Assembly: GCA_963842945.1 (NCBI GenBank) | Contig: CAWJIM010000021.1 | Span: forward strand, 96,001-160,000 | Direction: 5' to 3' | DNA: 64,000 nt | From: an uncultured Gemmatimonadales bacterium | GTDB taxonomy: Bacteria; Gemmatimonadota; Gemmatimonadetes; Gemmatimonadales; GWC2-71-9 | Translations under genes and position numbers: made by a program | The notes under the pieces: model-generated | Seen by the model: only the letters and a program-made list of their open reading frames with translations | Told to the model about the DNA's origin: nothing | Database searches by the model: none | In this document: one piece after another, positions 10,563 to 20,450 of the stretch | Position numbering within the stretch: the first letter of the stretch is position 1 | Layout of the letters: every line of letters begins with the position of its first letter

Positions 10563-10565
10563 TAG

Positions 10566-10617
10566 TGTGATCCAGATCACACCGCCGTTTGCCCGGCCAA
10601 ACCGGGTTCCCTACATT
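10566..10617 (+). promoter_or_regulatory. CRP/FNR-family box and putative sigma70 promoter
   Basis: TGTGA-TCCAGA-TCACA (10566-10581), then TTGCCC-N17-TACATT (10589-10617). Confidence 0.6.
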
Positions 10618-10634
10618 GCGAAGTCCCCTCTCTG

Positions 10635-12593
10635 TTGCCGGAGCTCACCTGCCCAAGCCCTGAACGTCCGTCTCACCCCGTTTCGGCTGCCGACCTGACC
10701 GCCGCCAGGTTGGCCGCCATTGTCGAGTCCTCCGACGACGCGATCGTGAGCAAGACGCTCGACGGCACGGTCCTGAGCTGGAATGCCTCGGCCGAGCGGA
10801 TCTTCGGCTATTCGGCCGAGGAGATGGTGGGCTCCTCCATTTACAAGCTGATCCCGCCAGAGTTGCATGACGACGAACGCGACATTCTGGCGCGGATCGG
10901 TCAGGGCGAGCACCTCGCCCACTTCGAGACCATTCGCAGGCACAAGAACGGATCGCTGTTCCCCATCGAGCTCAGCATCTCTCCGATTCGCGACGATTCG
11001 GGTACCATCATCGGGGCGTCCTCGATCAAACGGGATATCAGCGAGCGCAGGCGCGCCGTGGAGACCTCGGCCCGTCTCGCCGCCATCGTCGAGTCGTCCG
11101 ATGACGCCATCATCAGCAAGGCACTGAACGGAACGGTGTTGACCTGGAACGCCGCGGCGGAGCGGATGTACGGCTACCGGGCGTCAGAGATTGTGGGCCG
11201 GTCAATTTACGACCTGGTGCCAACCGATCTCCGATCGGAGGAGCAGGACATTCTGGAGCGGGTAGGCCGAGGCGAGCACGTGGCTCATTACGAGACCCGA
11301 CGCTGCCGCAAGGACGGCACTCAGCTGGAGATCTCTCTTGCGCTCTCTCCTATCCGGGACGGACGCGGCGAGATCATCGGCGCCTCGTCCATTCAGCGCG
11401 ACATCTCCGACCGGCGCCGGGCCGAGGACGCCCTCAGGCAGGCCGCCAAGATGGAGGCGATTGGAGTGCTGGCCGGCGGACTGGCCCACGACTTCAACAA
11501 CCAACTCTATGCCGTCAGCGGATTCGCCCATTTCATTGGGCGAGATCCGGGACTGAGTCCCGCCACTCGCCAGGATCTCATCGAGCTCCAGAAGGTGGCG
11601 GAGCGGATGGCCAGCCTGACCCGGCAGCTGCTGGCCTTTGCCCGGCAGCAGGTGCTGAGCCCTGAGATCCTCGATCTGAATGTGGCAGTGGAAGAGACCC
11701 TGCCCATGCTCCGGCGGCTGCTGGGCAGCAACACCGCGGTGGAGCTGAGCCTCTCTCCCGGGCCCAGGTGGGTCCGGGTGGACCGGGCCCAGCTGGTGCA
11801 GGTGCTGCTGAACCTGGTGATCAACGCCCGCGATGCCATGCCCGACGGCGGAACGATCAAGGTGCGCACCACCACCCACGAGGTGAGGCCGGGCCGGATG
11901 CGCGACCGGCTGAAAACGCCGGTGGAGCCTGGCGCCTATGCCGAGCTCTCGGTCAGTGATACCGGCAGTGGAATTTCCTCCGAGCATCTGCCCCACATCT
12001 TCGAGCCGTTTTACACCACCAAGGAAGTGGGCATGGGCACCGGTCTGGGCCTGGCGACGGTGGAGGGGATCGTCGCCCAAAGCGGAGGCTATATCCAGGT
12101 TGACAGCACGCTGGGACAGGGCACCAGCATAAGGATTCTGATGCCGTTCGCGCCGGAGCCCACCTTGAAACCGCGCTCGGGGCCTGTGGGACCAGGCAAG
12201 AACAAGTCCCGCGGCCGGATACTGGTGGTGGAAGACGAGGATCCGGTCAGGGCTGTGGTAATCCGGACGCTGAAGGAAGCCGGCTATGACGTGCTCGGCG
12301 CCTCGAACAGCCAGCAGGCGCTGAAAGAGCTGGAGGAAATCGGGGGCGCCGTAAATGTGGTGCTGAGCGACGTCGTCATGCCGGGGATGAGTGGGCGTCA
12401 GTTTGCCGCTGAGCTGAGCCGCCGGTATCACCAGATCCCGATCGTATGGATGTCGGGTCACACCCGGGAAACGGAGCTGCAGAAGGGCCAGGTGACGGCC
12501 GACGAGCCCTTCCTGCACAAGCCGGTACCTCGTGACCTTCTGCTGGACACCCTGGCCAACGCCATAAAGCGTCTCACCGAGACGAGGAGCTGA
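10635..12593 (+). CDS. Hybrid sensor histidine kinase (PAS-PAS-HisKA-HATPase-REC)
   Basis: Two LAAIVESSDDAI PAS repeats, AHDFNN H-box, GTGLGLA G2 box, receiver with VLSDVVMP. Confidence 0.95.
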   Translation: MPELTCPSPERPSHPVSAADLTAARLAAIVESSDDAIVSKTLDGTVLSWNASAERIFGYSAEEMVGSSIYKLIPPELHDDERDILARIGQGEHLAHFETIRRHKNGSLFPIELSISPIRDDSGTIIGASSIKRDISERRRAVETSARLAAIVESSDDAIISKALNGTVLTWNAAAERMYGYRASEIVGRSIYDLVPTDLRSEEQDILERVGRGEHVAHYETRRCRKDGTQLEISLALSPIRDGRGEIIGASSIQRDISDRRRAEDALRQAAKMEAIGVLAGGLAHDFNNQLYAVSGFAHFIGRDPGLSPATRQDLIELQKVAERMASLTRQLLAFARQQVLSPEILDLNVAVEETLPMLRRLLGSNTAVELSLSPGPRWVRVDRAQLVQVLLNLVINARDAMPDGGTIKVRTTTHEVRPGRMRDRLKTPVEPGAYAELSVSDTGSGISSEHLPHIFEPFYTTKEVGMGTGLGLATVEGIVAQSGGYIQVDSTLGQGTSIRILMPFAPEPTLKPRSGPVGPGKNKSRGRILVVEDEDPVRAVVIRTLKEAGYDVLGASNSQQALKELEEIGGAVNVVLSDVVMPGMSGRQFAAELSRRYHQIPIVWMSGHTRETELQKGQVTADEPFLHKPVPRDLLLDTLANAIKRLTETRS

Positions 12594-12614
12594 CAGGCAA
12601 AGGAGAATGGGCCG

Positions 12615-13628
12615 GTGAAGGGAGCAGCCAGAGTTGTCCGGTGGGTCCTGCTCTGTGGAGCGGGGTTGCCGATCAACGCACCGGCCCAAAAGTCTGAGAT
12701 CTCGGCGGTGCAGGTCCAGATGCGCCACGTCGATTTCCATGTGGATTCGAGCATAGTCCTCCAGATCGAATCCCTCCGCGGTGAGGTCCAGCCCACATCC
12801 CCGGAGCACTCCCCCTACTTCGACGACAAGAGCTCGTTTGTCCTCTCCATCGACTCGGCGCGAATCGGCATCACGCCACGGTCGCTGGGGGACTTGCTCA
12901 ACCGCTACACCTTTGCCTACCCGGGATCACCCCTGCGGCGGCTGCGGATTAGCGTCGAGAAGGGGCAGATCAGGCAGGAAGGCACCATGCGGGGAATCTC
13001 GTTCAGCATTCTGGCCGACCTGACGCTGACCCCAACCGGTGAGCTCCGCCTGCACCCCAGCTCGGTCAAGGCAGCAGGAATCGGGGTGGGCGGACTGATG
13101 AAGTTCTTCGGCTTGCACCTGGAGAAGCTGGTCAAGCTGGAGGGAGTCCGAGGCGTGCGAATAGACAAGGACGACTTCTATCTGGATCCTCCCAGACTGT
13201 TGCCGCCTCCGCTGGTCAAAGGCCGGGTGGGCGGGGTGCTGGTCACCGACACCGCCATGGTGCTGACATTCCAGCCGGTCGACAGCAGCAAGGTCAAGCC
13301 GCTGACCGTTCCCGACCCCAAGGCAGCGAACTATATGTTCTACCGCGGGGGTGTGCTGCGCTTCGGCAAGCTCACCATGCACGATGCCGATCTCATGATC
13401 GTGGATGCCAATCCGCAAGATCCGTTCGACTTCTACCTCGATCACTACAATGCCCAGCTGGTTGCCGGGTATGAGAAGAACACGCCTGACCACGGCCTGA
13501 TCGTGGTCATGCAGGACTACAGGAGAACGCCGCCCCTCCCCCAGAAACTCGTCACCCCAAGGCCGGCTCTCCTCCCAGCTAGAATGGGGTGGTTCCAGAT
13601 TCACGCTGGATTCACGGAAGATCGTTAG
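12615..13628 (+). CDS. Exported hypothetical protein
   Basis: 337 aa ORF with RBS, signal peptide and host-like codon usage; beta-rich. Confidence 0.7.
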   Translation: MKGAARVVRWVLLCGAGLPINAPAQKSEISAVQVQMRHVDFHVDSSIVLQIESLRGEVQPTSPEHSPYFDDKSSFVLSIDSARIGITPRSLGDLLNRYTFAYPGSPLRRLRISVEKGQIRQEGTMRGISFSILADLTLTPTGELRLHPSSVKAAGIGVGGLMKFFGLHLEKLVKLEGVRGVRIDKDDFYLDPPRLLPPPLVKGRVGGVLVTDTAMVLTFQPVDSSKVKPLTVPDPKAANYMFYRGGVLRFGKLTMHDADLMIVDANPQDPFDFYLDHYNAQLVAGYEKNTPDHGLIVVMQDYRRTPPLPQKLVTPRPALLPARMGWFQIHAGFTEDR

Positions 13629-13696
13629 CCTCGGGGTCACAATACGCCGGGCTTCAGCAAATCGCCCTCACCCCGTGTCACTTTTTAGGAGGATCT

Positions 13697-13855
13697 ATGT
13701 CTGAGCACAAACGGCAGGTCAGGACTGAGCTGACCGCTGATCAGAAGGCCAGCAAGCGGGATGAATCGAACCTGGCCGCCACGGGGAAGGATGCTGAGTT
13801 GGAGTTGTCGGCAGAAGAGCTGGAAGAGCGGATTGCGCCCGTTAAAGCGTGGTAG
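13697..13855 (+). CDS. 52 aa RiPP-precursor-like peptide (ELSAEELEERIAP-VKAW)
   Basis: AGGAGG at 13687-13692, ATG at 13697, downstream hairpin 13896-13926; acidic leader-like motif. Confidence 0.7.
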   Translation: MSEHKRQVRTELTADQKASKRDESNLAATGKDAELELSAEELEERIAPVKAW

Positions 13856-14031
13856 AAGAAGCACGTGTAAGCTGGACCCCTGCTTGGGAGTACCAGAAGG
13901 GCCGGGGCGGCATCGCTCGGCCCTTCCAGCAATTGGCGTGGGGTCATGCCGTCTCTGCTTACCCTGAGGAATCCTGAAAGGCAGCACATGGTGATCCTTG
14001 TCGGCGGGGCTTTGGTGCTAGTGAAGGCGGC

Positions 14032-14178
14032 ATGACGGTCCGGGACTTCGTGATCTTCTGGGCTGGGATCGTCGCGGGCAGCGGGATAACGGGCTTGCTG
14101 GCGATCCTGACTATCGGCCGGGTGTACCGGGACAATCAAAGGCCCACCATCAGCCTTGTGCGAGGGGAGGCAGACTAG
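14032..14178 (+). CDS. Possible 48 aa single-TM small protein
   Basis: MTVRDFVIFWAGIVAGSGITGLLAILTIGRVYRD...; below the ORF-track cutoff. Confidence 0.35.
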   Translation: MTVRDFVIFWAGIVAGSGITGLLAILTIGRVYRDNQRPTISLVRGEAD

Positions 14179-14427
14179 TCAATACGAGCAGATCTCGAGC
14201 AACAGCCTTCTAGGTCCAAAAGCGCCCGCCAGCCACCGCCAGCGGGCGCTGCTGTTCCTGTGACTGCACCGTCCGGCTGAGGAAGTAAGCCACCCCTCAT
14301 ATCGCAGATGGTAGGTCGCAGTTCGGCGTCGCGGCCGAGCCAGCACAAGCGGGCGGCGGAAGGTCGACAAGGTTGCCCCCGGATGAATTGCCTAAGATAT
14401 TTTGGAATCGCTATTTCCATTGCACTC

Positions 14428-14500
14428 GGGGGCGTAGCTCAGTTGGTAGAGCAAGGGACTTTTAATCCCTAGGTCGTGGGTTCGAGTCCCACCGCCCTCA
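14428..14500 (+). tRNA. tRNA-Lys (UUU), CCA not encoded
   Basis: Acceptor GGGGGCG/CGCCCTC, D arm GCTC-AGTTGGTA-GAGC, anticodon arm AGGGA-CTTTTAA-TCCCT, T arm GTGGG-TTCGAGT-CCCAC. Confidence 0.97.
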
Positions 14501-14605
14501 TAGACTTAGCTTTCCTGCACTGTCGCATTGCACCGCCGCTGGCACTACAGACCCGCCATTTCTGCGGGGCTCGGCTCTGACCCTGCCCGTCTGAGTTCGG
14601 AAAAC

Positions 14606-14881
14606 ATGCCAACACTCCTGGTGAACTGTCGCGTCCCCGTAGAGGGGGCCCATGAAGGGTCCGCTCTCTATTTTCGCAAATGGATCCCGGACGGTGCCAA
14701 TGACGCACTGGAAGTCGAGGAAGGTGGGTTTAGAGTCCGTGTTTGGATAGACAGGAGCTGCCTCCATGTCCGTGACCGCGCCAGGACCGACGACGAACTT
14801 GCCAGACACCTGAACATCGCGGTCTCTTCGATTCTGGTCGAGGTGATTGTGCCCGATGTTCCTGACGATCTGGCATCCTAG
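14606..14881 (+). pseudogene. Hypothetical protein, probably 3'-truncated
   Basis: MPTLLVNCRV...; ends abruptly against the stop of the convergent cupin gene. Confidence 0.3.
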
Positions 14882-15366
14882 TAGCCGAACGGAAAACTTC
14901 GCGGCTTCGGTGCGTCCTCAGCCCGCACATAGGTGATCGTGTAAGGGCCCATGAACGTTGCCGAAACCAGGGTCCTCCCCTTGGCGATCGAGAAATGGTG
15001 CATCCCCGCCGGGGCGGTCGCCGAATCACCGGCTGCCAGGGCCTGGGTCATCTTGGGATCGAGCCGGTCTCCCGCGCCGACCAGGAGGGCTCCCTCCTTG
15101 ACCTCGACGTGCTCGTAGCTGGGATGGCTGTGCGGCGGGATCCGGTACCCGTTCGGCATGGAAACCAGGAGAGTAAACGGGCCGGGACGGGTGGGATCGC
15201 CGCTGAGGACGGCAATGAGAGCGCCGGGTGGCAGCACAGGCGGCACTATCCAGTGCAGTGAGTCGGTCTGGCTGACCCCTGCGCCACCGCACCCGGAGGC
15301 CAGAAACCACACCGATCCGGCGATGGTGCATCGACGTAGTGAGCTCCGGCTGTTGAACAGGTCCAT
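14878..15366 (-). CDS. Cupin-domain protein (DUF4437-like)
   Basis: LSGDPTRPGPF..IPPHSHP..EHVEV..PAGMHHF. Confidence 0.85.
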   Translation of the reverse strand: MDLFNSRSSLRRCTIAGSVWFLASGCGGAGVSQTDSLHWIVPPVLPPGALIAVLSGDPTRPGPFTLLVSMPNGYRIPPHSHPSYEHVEVKEGALLVGAGDRLDPKMTQALAAGDSATAPAGMHHFSIAKGRTLVSATFMGPYTITYVRAEDAPKPRSFPFGY

Positions 15367-15454
15367 AGCTATAGCCCTCAGGAGTACGGGAAGATCCGAT
15401 GTGGGTCCCATGCTGAGACGTGGGAACCTCAAGGGATTCGGATCCAATGGGCCG

Positions 15455-15635
15455 ACCGGGTATGGGCCTTTCGATCTGCCGCACACTGGTGACCTCGCAC
15501 GGCGGAAGACTGTGGGCGGAACGCAGGGCCGAGCGCGGCGCCGCATTCTATGTCGCGCTCCCTCTGGCCATGGAGCACGGATCATCGACGCTGCTAGCGT
15601 CGGCATCGTCGACCAGCCCTTCCAGTGAACCCGCC
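15455..15635 (+). pseudogene. Histidine kinase HATPase C-terminal fragment; inverted repeat of 28194-28367
   Basis: GMGLSICRTLVTSHGGRLWAE..GAAFYVALPL with no upstream kinase body. Confidence 0.8.
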
Positions 15636-15800
15636 GGGGACTGGGCGCTTCTAGCGGCATGCAGCGCGACCCTCGCGGACTCCATTCGCTGCGCCTCCTA
15701 CTCTCGGAGCCGGCTCCACTCGAGCTGCGTCATCCGCCCCACCTGATCTAGTGGCTTCCCAGCCGCGGTCGTATAGTTGTGCACACCCGTGAATTCAAAC

Positions 15801-17426
15801 ATGAGTTCCAACTCACACCCCGACCCTCGGGCCACCCGTCTCGTGGAGACCGAGATCGGGATTACGCCGAAGCAGCGAGGATCGGCCGACCGGCAGCGCC
15901 TTCCCGACGACGTGCTGCAGGAGGCGGCTCGACGCCTTGGCGTCCTCTGTCTCATCAGCGCTGTTGTCTGGACCGCCAATCTGCTGCTGTTGAACCTCGT
16001 CTACGCCGTCCCGGGGGAGGCGGCGCTCGAGCCCATCCGGGCGGCAGCGTACTGGAAGTGGCGCTCGGTCTACGATGTGGTCATTGGGACCAACATCCTC
16101 GGATCCCTCGGCTTGTTCTGGTTCACTCGCCGGCGAAACCAGCGCCCTCAGCTGATTCTGGACCTAGCTCTGGTATATGAGGTTCTTACCGCGCTGTCGG
16201 TGGGAATTCTCGACTACGTCAAGCAGCGTCCCACCGAGGGTGTGTCCTGGATCGCAGTGATCATTCTGCTCTTCGCACCGATGGTTCCCAGCACTCCGCG
16301 AAAGACGTTGGCGACCGCCCTGCTGGCCGCGAGCATGGGCGTAGTAGGTGCCCTCGTCTGGAGGGCTTTGGGAGTGCAAACGGCGGGGTTGCAGCAGATT
16401 CTGCTGCTCTCGACCCCTAATTACCTCTGCGCCGCCATGGCGCCCGTGGTCTCCCACATCATCACCCGGCTGGGCCGCGAGGTCCAGCAGGCACGAGCGA
16501 TGGGTAGCTATCTCCTGGGTGAGCTCATAGCCCGGGGGGGGATGGGAGAGGTGTGGCAGGCAACTCATCGCTTGCTGGTGCGTCCCGCGGCCATCAAGCT
16601 GATCAGGCCGGAGGCTCTAGGGGCGAGCACGCCCGACCAGGCCAAGGTGATGGTGCAGCGATTCCGGCGAGAGGCCCGGGCTGCAGCCGCCCTGCAATCG
16701 CCGCACACCATCCAGCTCTACGACTTTGGGGTGTCGAGTGACGGCACTTTCTACTATGTGATGGAGCTGCTCAACGGGCTCGATCTTCAACGTCTGGTGT
16801 CTGAGTATGGCGCACTCTCGCCAGCCAGGACCATTCACATTCTGCAGCAGGTGTGTGAGTCGCTCGGGGAAGCCCATGACCGGGGGCTGGTCCATCGTGA
16901 CATCAAGCCGGCCAACATCCAGGTCTGCCGGAGAGGGCGCGAGTGCGACTACGTAAAAGTCCTCGATTTCGGTCTCGTAAAGCACGTCGCCTCCGGCGAC
17001 CCGGCGGAAGCGGACCTCACTGCTCCAAACTTGCTCGCGGGTACTCCTGCCTATCTCTCTCCCGAGACTGTCACCGGTGAGCCAGTGGACCACCGAAGCG
17101 ACATTTACTCCCTGGGCTGCGTGGCGTACTGGATGCTCACCGGAAGGCACGTATTCGAAGCTGAGAGCGTAGTACAGATGATAGCGCGGCATATGCAGGC
17201 CATCCCGGAGCCGCCGTCACGTTTCAGTCCCGAGCCCCTACCGAGCGGTCTCGAACAGGTGGTTCTCGCATGTCTGGCCAAACGCCCGGCGGACCGACCG
17301 AAGAGCGCGTGGGAATTGGCCGATAGGTTGGCCGAATGCGAGACGGTGACGCCCTGGACTCGCGAAGATGCGCGCTGCTGGTGGGAAACCCGGCTCACTC
17401 CCGAGCCAGCGGTCATCTTCGAATGA
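15801..17426 (+). CDS. Membrane-anchored Hanks-type Ser/Thr protein kinase
   Basis: N-terminal TM helices; GGMGEVW, AIKLI, HRDIKPAN, DFG, GTPAYLSPE. Confidence 0.95.
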   Translation: MSSNSHPDPRATRLVETEIGITPKQRGSADRQRLPDDVLQEAARRLGVLCLISAVVWTANLLLLNLVYAVPGEAALEPIRAAAYWKWRSVYDVVIGTNILGSLGLFWFTRRRNQRPQLILDLALVYEVLTALSVGILDYVKQRPTEGVSWIAVIILLFAPMVPSTPRKTLATALLAASMGVVGALVWRALGVQTAGLQQILLLSTPNYLCAAMAPVVSHIITRLGREVQQARAMGSYLLGELIARGGMGEVWQATHRLLVRPAAIKLIRPEALGASTPDQAKVMVQRFRREARAAAALQSPHTIQLYDFGVSSDGTFYYVMELLNGLDLQRLVSEYGALSPARTIHILQQVCESLGEAHDRGLVHRDIKPANIQVCRRGRECDYVKVLDFGLVKHVASGDPAEADLTAPNLLAGTPAYLSPETVTGEPVDHRSDIYSLGCVAYWMLTGRHVFEAESVVQMIARHMQAIPEPPSRFSPEPLPSGLEQVVLACLAKRPADRPKSAWELADRLAECETVTPWTREDARCWWETRLTPEPAVIFE

Positions 17427-19533
17427 CCAGCCTTGGCCCGCCGCACGTCGCCGCAGCTCCGGTGCGGCTGCCCCTCACTGTGATGGTGTAAGTCCCCGGC
17501 CCGGCTGGAGCCCAACGCAGTTCCCAGGGGTTGCGAGATTCCTCTTTCACCATGCGGAGCTCGAGGTTGGGATCGTTGTCTATTGCCAGCAGGGAATCCC
17601 TACCGTCTGACCCCCTGCCTCGGATCTCAACCAATGAGGCGGCGTCACTCGAGTCCCCGACCAGCCAGCCACCCGAACGCCCAAGCCCCAGCAGTGCGTA
17701 GACGGTATCTCCAGAGCACCAGGCCCGATCCACTCCGGCATGGCGGTCACCCTGAATGTGAGAAGCATGCCGGCGTGACCCGGGACTCACCTTCACCCCA
17801 GGGGCGCTCCTCCCGGGCAATGAGTCGCCGGCACTCAACGTACGCGTCAGTTCAGCCAGGGCCTTCGCGAGCATTGCCGCCGAGCCGGGTCCATAGAGAG
17901 TGGAACTGCCCTCGTAGTACTGAGCACCGTATTCGTCTGCAGTCGTCACGTACTCGAGAAAGCCGTTGGCCAGCGTTACCACCAGGATATTCTGTTGTCC
18001 CCCGAGAGTTCGCCTGGCGACCGCAATGGAATCCTGGAGCTGCCGCGCTGCCATGGTGCTGGTCTCGAAGGGCGCTGCGGCCAGCACGTGCGATCCGATC
18101 CGCAGCATCATGACCTGGGCAGTGGTGGGCAGTTTGCTTCCGACCAGCCGCTTAATGGCGCCCTCCCACAGAAGAAACCGCTTTTGCGCCTGGCAGCCGT
18201 GCGGAATACGGGCAGAAGCAGGGCCCTCCTCCATTCCGCTGTGGATTAGACCGAGCCAGCGCCAGCCGTAAAACCGAGTCCGCGCGTCGGGCGCTCCGCC
18301 AAAGGTCGCCATCCCGGGTATCGGTGCATCGCAGATCCCGAGCGACTCTGCGCGCTGAGCGAGGGGCAGCGTGACGAAGGATCGTTCGAGGGTAAGCGAA
18401 TCTTGGAGGCTGTCCTGCAAATCATGATACAGACTCTCGGCGACCGTGCTGATCGCTTCTGCCACGCTCGTCATCGCGCGTCGTGCTGCGTGGCGGCAGA
18501 CTGCCAGCTCCGTGGGATCGGGAGAGATCCAGCTCCAGTGTGCCCGGGCGAAGGGACCCATCGGCGATGCTTGAGGTCGCAACCTCGGCGGGGTGCACCT
18601 GCTTTGGATGGGCCAATCCGGGGAAACATCACCCGCTGGGCCGCTGGCCATCAGGTAGGTCGCCCGAGGAGCCGTGGAATCGCCGATGAGGTGAGCATCG
18701 ATGTACCGCTCTACCGATTGCGCGATCATCCCCGGTAGATCGGGATCCAGTAAGTCGTTGTCGGGTGTGTTCCCGGTCCCGTGTATGGCAAACACGCTCC
18801 AGGCACCGGCAGGCCGGAAAGTCCGCTTGGCGGAGTCCCAGCGGTCCACCCGAAGCATGGTGAGCCGGGGATCCACCAGCGCATACTCTGGTGCCAGCCC
18901 CTCAGGAGGGGCGAGCAGTGGGCGAGGTCGGGGTACGTTCCGCAGCATCGCCGGTAGGCTTCGGATGCGGGTCTGGCCCCAGACCGGGCGAGTCCCCCAC
19001 CCGATGCGAGCGGGGGTGAGATCGGCCACGGCAGACCGGATGGCACGAGCGATCCTGCTGCTCATCGAGTCCAGGATCTCACTGTCGAATCCCCCGACGA
19101 TTGATCCTTCCTCGTTGTATGCCGAGGCTTCGTACATGTTGCCCACGCTTGCGTGGGTATGAGTAGCGGAGAGGAGGAGACGGTCGACGCCGATGCCAAG
19201 GTCATGAGTCTTGGCTGCCACCCGTCGGTGGAGAAGGAGACTGATATGGGGCAGATCCACCACGACCAGTGCCAAACGATCTCCGCTTGCCTGCTCCAGA
19301 ACCAGGGCCCTGGCCAGGAGGCGCATTCGGTATCCTCTGGCTCGATTGCCTTCCGGGCCGTTGCCGGTGAGTCCTACTCCGGGGGGTGGCGTAATATCAA
19401 TTCGACCAAAACCTGCCCGAAGCGTGCCGGTTCCTGGTTGGGGAAGAGGCGAGAGCGCTGCGTCTTCCTGCCATGGCGTGATCCCGCCGCAGCCCGTCAG
19501 CGATAACAGGAGCAGCCCTGCGGATGCCCTCAT
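17413..19533 (-). CDS. Neutral/alkaline ceramidase family lipoprotein
   Basis: GFGRIDITPP, SATHTHA, FAIHGT, GDVSP, YVTTADEY..QYYEGSSTLYGP; start MRASAG with lipobox LTGC. Confidence 0.88.
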   Translation of the reverse strand: MRASAGLLLLSLTGCGGITPWQEDAALSPLPQPGTGTLRAGFGRIDITPPPGVGLTGNGPEGNRARGYRMRLLARALVLEQASGDRLALVVVDLPHISLLLHRRVAAKTHDLGIGVDRLLLSATHTHASVGNMYEASAYNEEGSIVGGFDSEILDSMSSRIARAIRSAVADLTPARIGWGTRPVWGQTRIRSLPAMLRNVPRPRPLLAPPEGLAPEYALVDPRLTMLRVDRWDSAKRTFRPAGAWSVFAIHGTGNTPDNDLLDPDLPGMIAQSVERYIDAHLIGDSTAPRATYLMASGPAGDVSPDWPIQSRCTPPRLRPQASPMGPFARAHWSWISPDPTELAVCRHAARRAMTSVAEAISTVAESLYHDLQDSLQDSLTLERSFVTLPLAQRAESLGICDAPIPGMATFGGAPDARTRFYGWRWLGLIHSGMEEGPASARIPHGCQAQKRFLLWEGAIKRLVGSKLPTTAQVMMLRIGSHVLAAAPFETSTMAARQLQDSIAVARRTLGGQQNILVVTLANGFLEYVTTADEYGAQYYEGSSTLYGPGSAAMLAKALAELTRTLSAGDSLPGRSAPGVKVSPGSRRHASHIQGDRHAGVDRAWCSGDTVYALLGLGRSGGWLVGDSSDAASLVEIRGRGSDGRDSLLAIDNDPNLELRMVKEESRNPWELRWAPAGPGTYTITVRGSRTGAAATCGGPRLVIRR

Positions 19534-20387
19534 AGCCGTCCCAGCCGCAGAGTGGTACCCAGCCAGTATGCGAGGAAAAGACCGCGACTCTGTCCTCCAG
19601 TTCCTCGTTTGGCCTCGTCGTCTATACCCGCCTGGAGCCGCGCTCCCGTGCTGAAAGTGAAGTTCTCGTTTGGCTGCAAGTCGACCGAAAGCCCCACAAC
19701 CACGTGGGTAAATCCGTCGCTGGCGTAGTAGGCCAGCTCCTCCGGTTTCTCCGGGTTGGGACTTTCCCCCAGGCTGAGCCCGATGGCCACGTCCAAAATC
19801 ACGTTCACAGGGGGTGAAAAGGGCCAGGGGATCACCGGCACAGCACCCGATCCCTCCAGATACAGACCCTTTACGCGATCCACGTCCCAGTAGACTGCCA
19901 GAGCTGGTATCGGGTAGGTGTTCCTGGCCTGGAGCCCGAATCCGATCTCGGTGGTGTTCTGTTCCGCCGGGCGGCCCCCCAGCTCCTGATCGCCGTGGAA
20001 GGTGTAGCGAGTGGCACCGAGGAACATCACCTGACTGCCGACTGGCCTCCGGTACTCCAACCACCAGTCTCGTTCACCCAGCCCGCTTTGACCATGACCC
20101 ACTTCGGTCAGATCCGCCGGGCCGGCAGAGCCCAGCTCTCTGCTCTCGAAGACCCCGATGCCGACGGCCCCCCTGCCGATGGGAGCGGCGGCCGATGCAT
20201 CGATCTGCCCAACCCACGTAGTGGTGCGATTGATGCCCCGCCAGAGGTATCGGTTGGCACCCGTCAGCTCCACCCGAAGACTCTGAGCCACGAGCGGGGT
20301 CAGGTGGGGTCCCCAGATGAGGATGGAAAACGCGGCCGCCAGGTAAACCGTCAGTCTTCGGGTAATCCTGGCGTGGTCTTGTCTCAC
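19530..20387 (-). CDS. Putative outer-membrane beta-barrel (TorF-like porin)
   Basis: Signal peptide, NRYLWRG first strand, alternating beta-strand pattern. Confidence 0.65.
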   Translation of the reverse strand: MRQDHARITRRLTVYLAAAFSILIWGPHLTPLVAQSLRVELTGANRYLWRGINRTTTWVGQIDASAAAPIGRGAVGIGVFESRELGSAGPADLTEVGHGQSGLGERDWWLEYRRPVGSQVMFLGATRYTFHGDQELGGRPAEQNTTEIGFGLQARNTYPIPALAVYWDVDRVKGLYLEGSGAVPVIPWPFSPPVNVILDVAIGLSLGESPNPEKPEELAYYASDGFTHVVVGLSVDLQPNENFTFSTGARLQAGIDDEAKRGTGGQSRGLFLAYWLGTTLRLGRL

Positions 20388-20450
20388 GCCGGCTCTGTAG
20401 ATCCAACGTTGAGAGAAGAGGCCGCGTGGTACCTCAAGGACAGGCTTTAC

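Noticed and set aside
10700..11420. Internal ~370 nt direct repeat in the hybrid kinase
   Set aside because: Ordinary tandem PAS-PAC domains.
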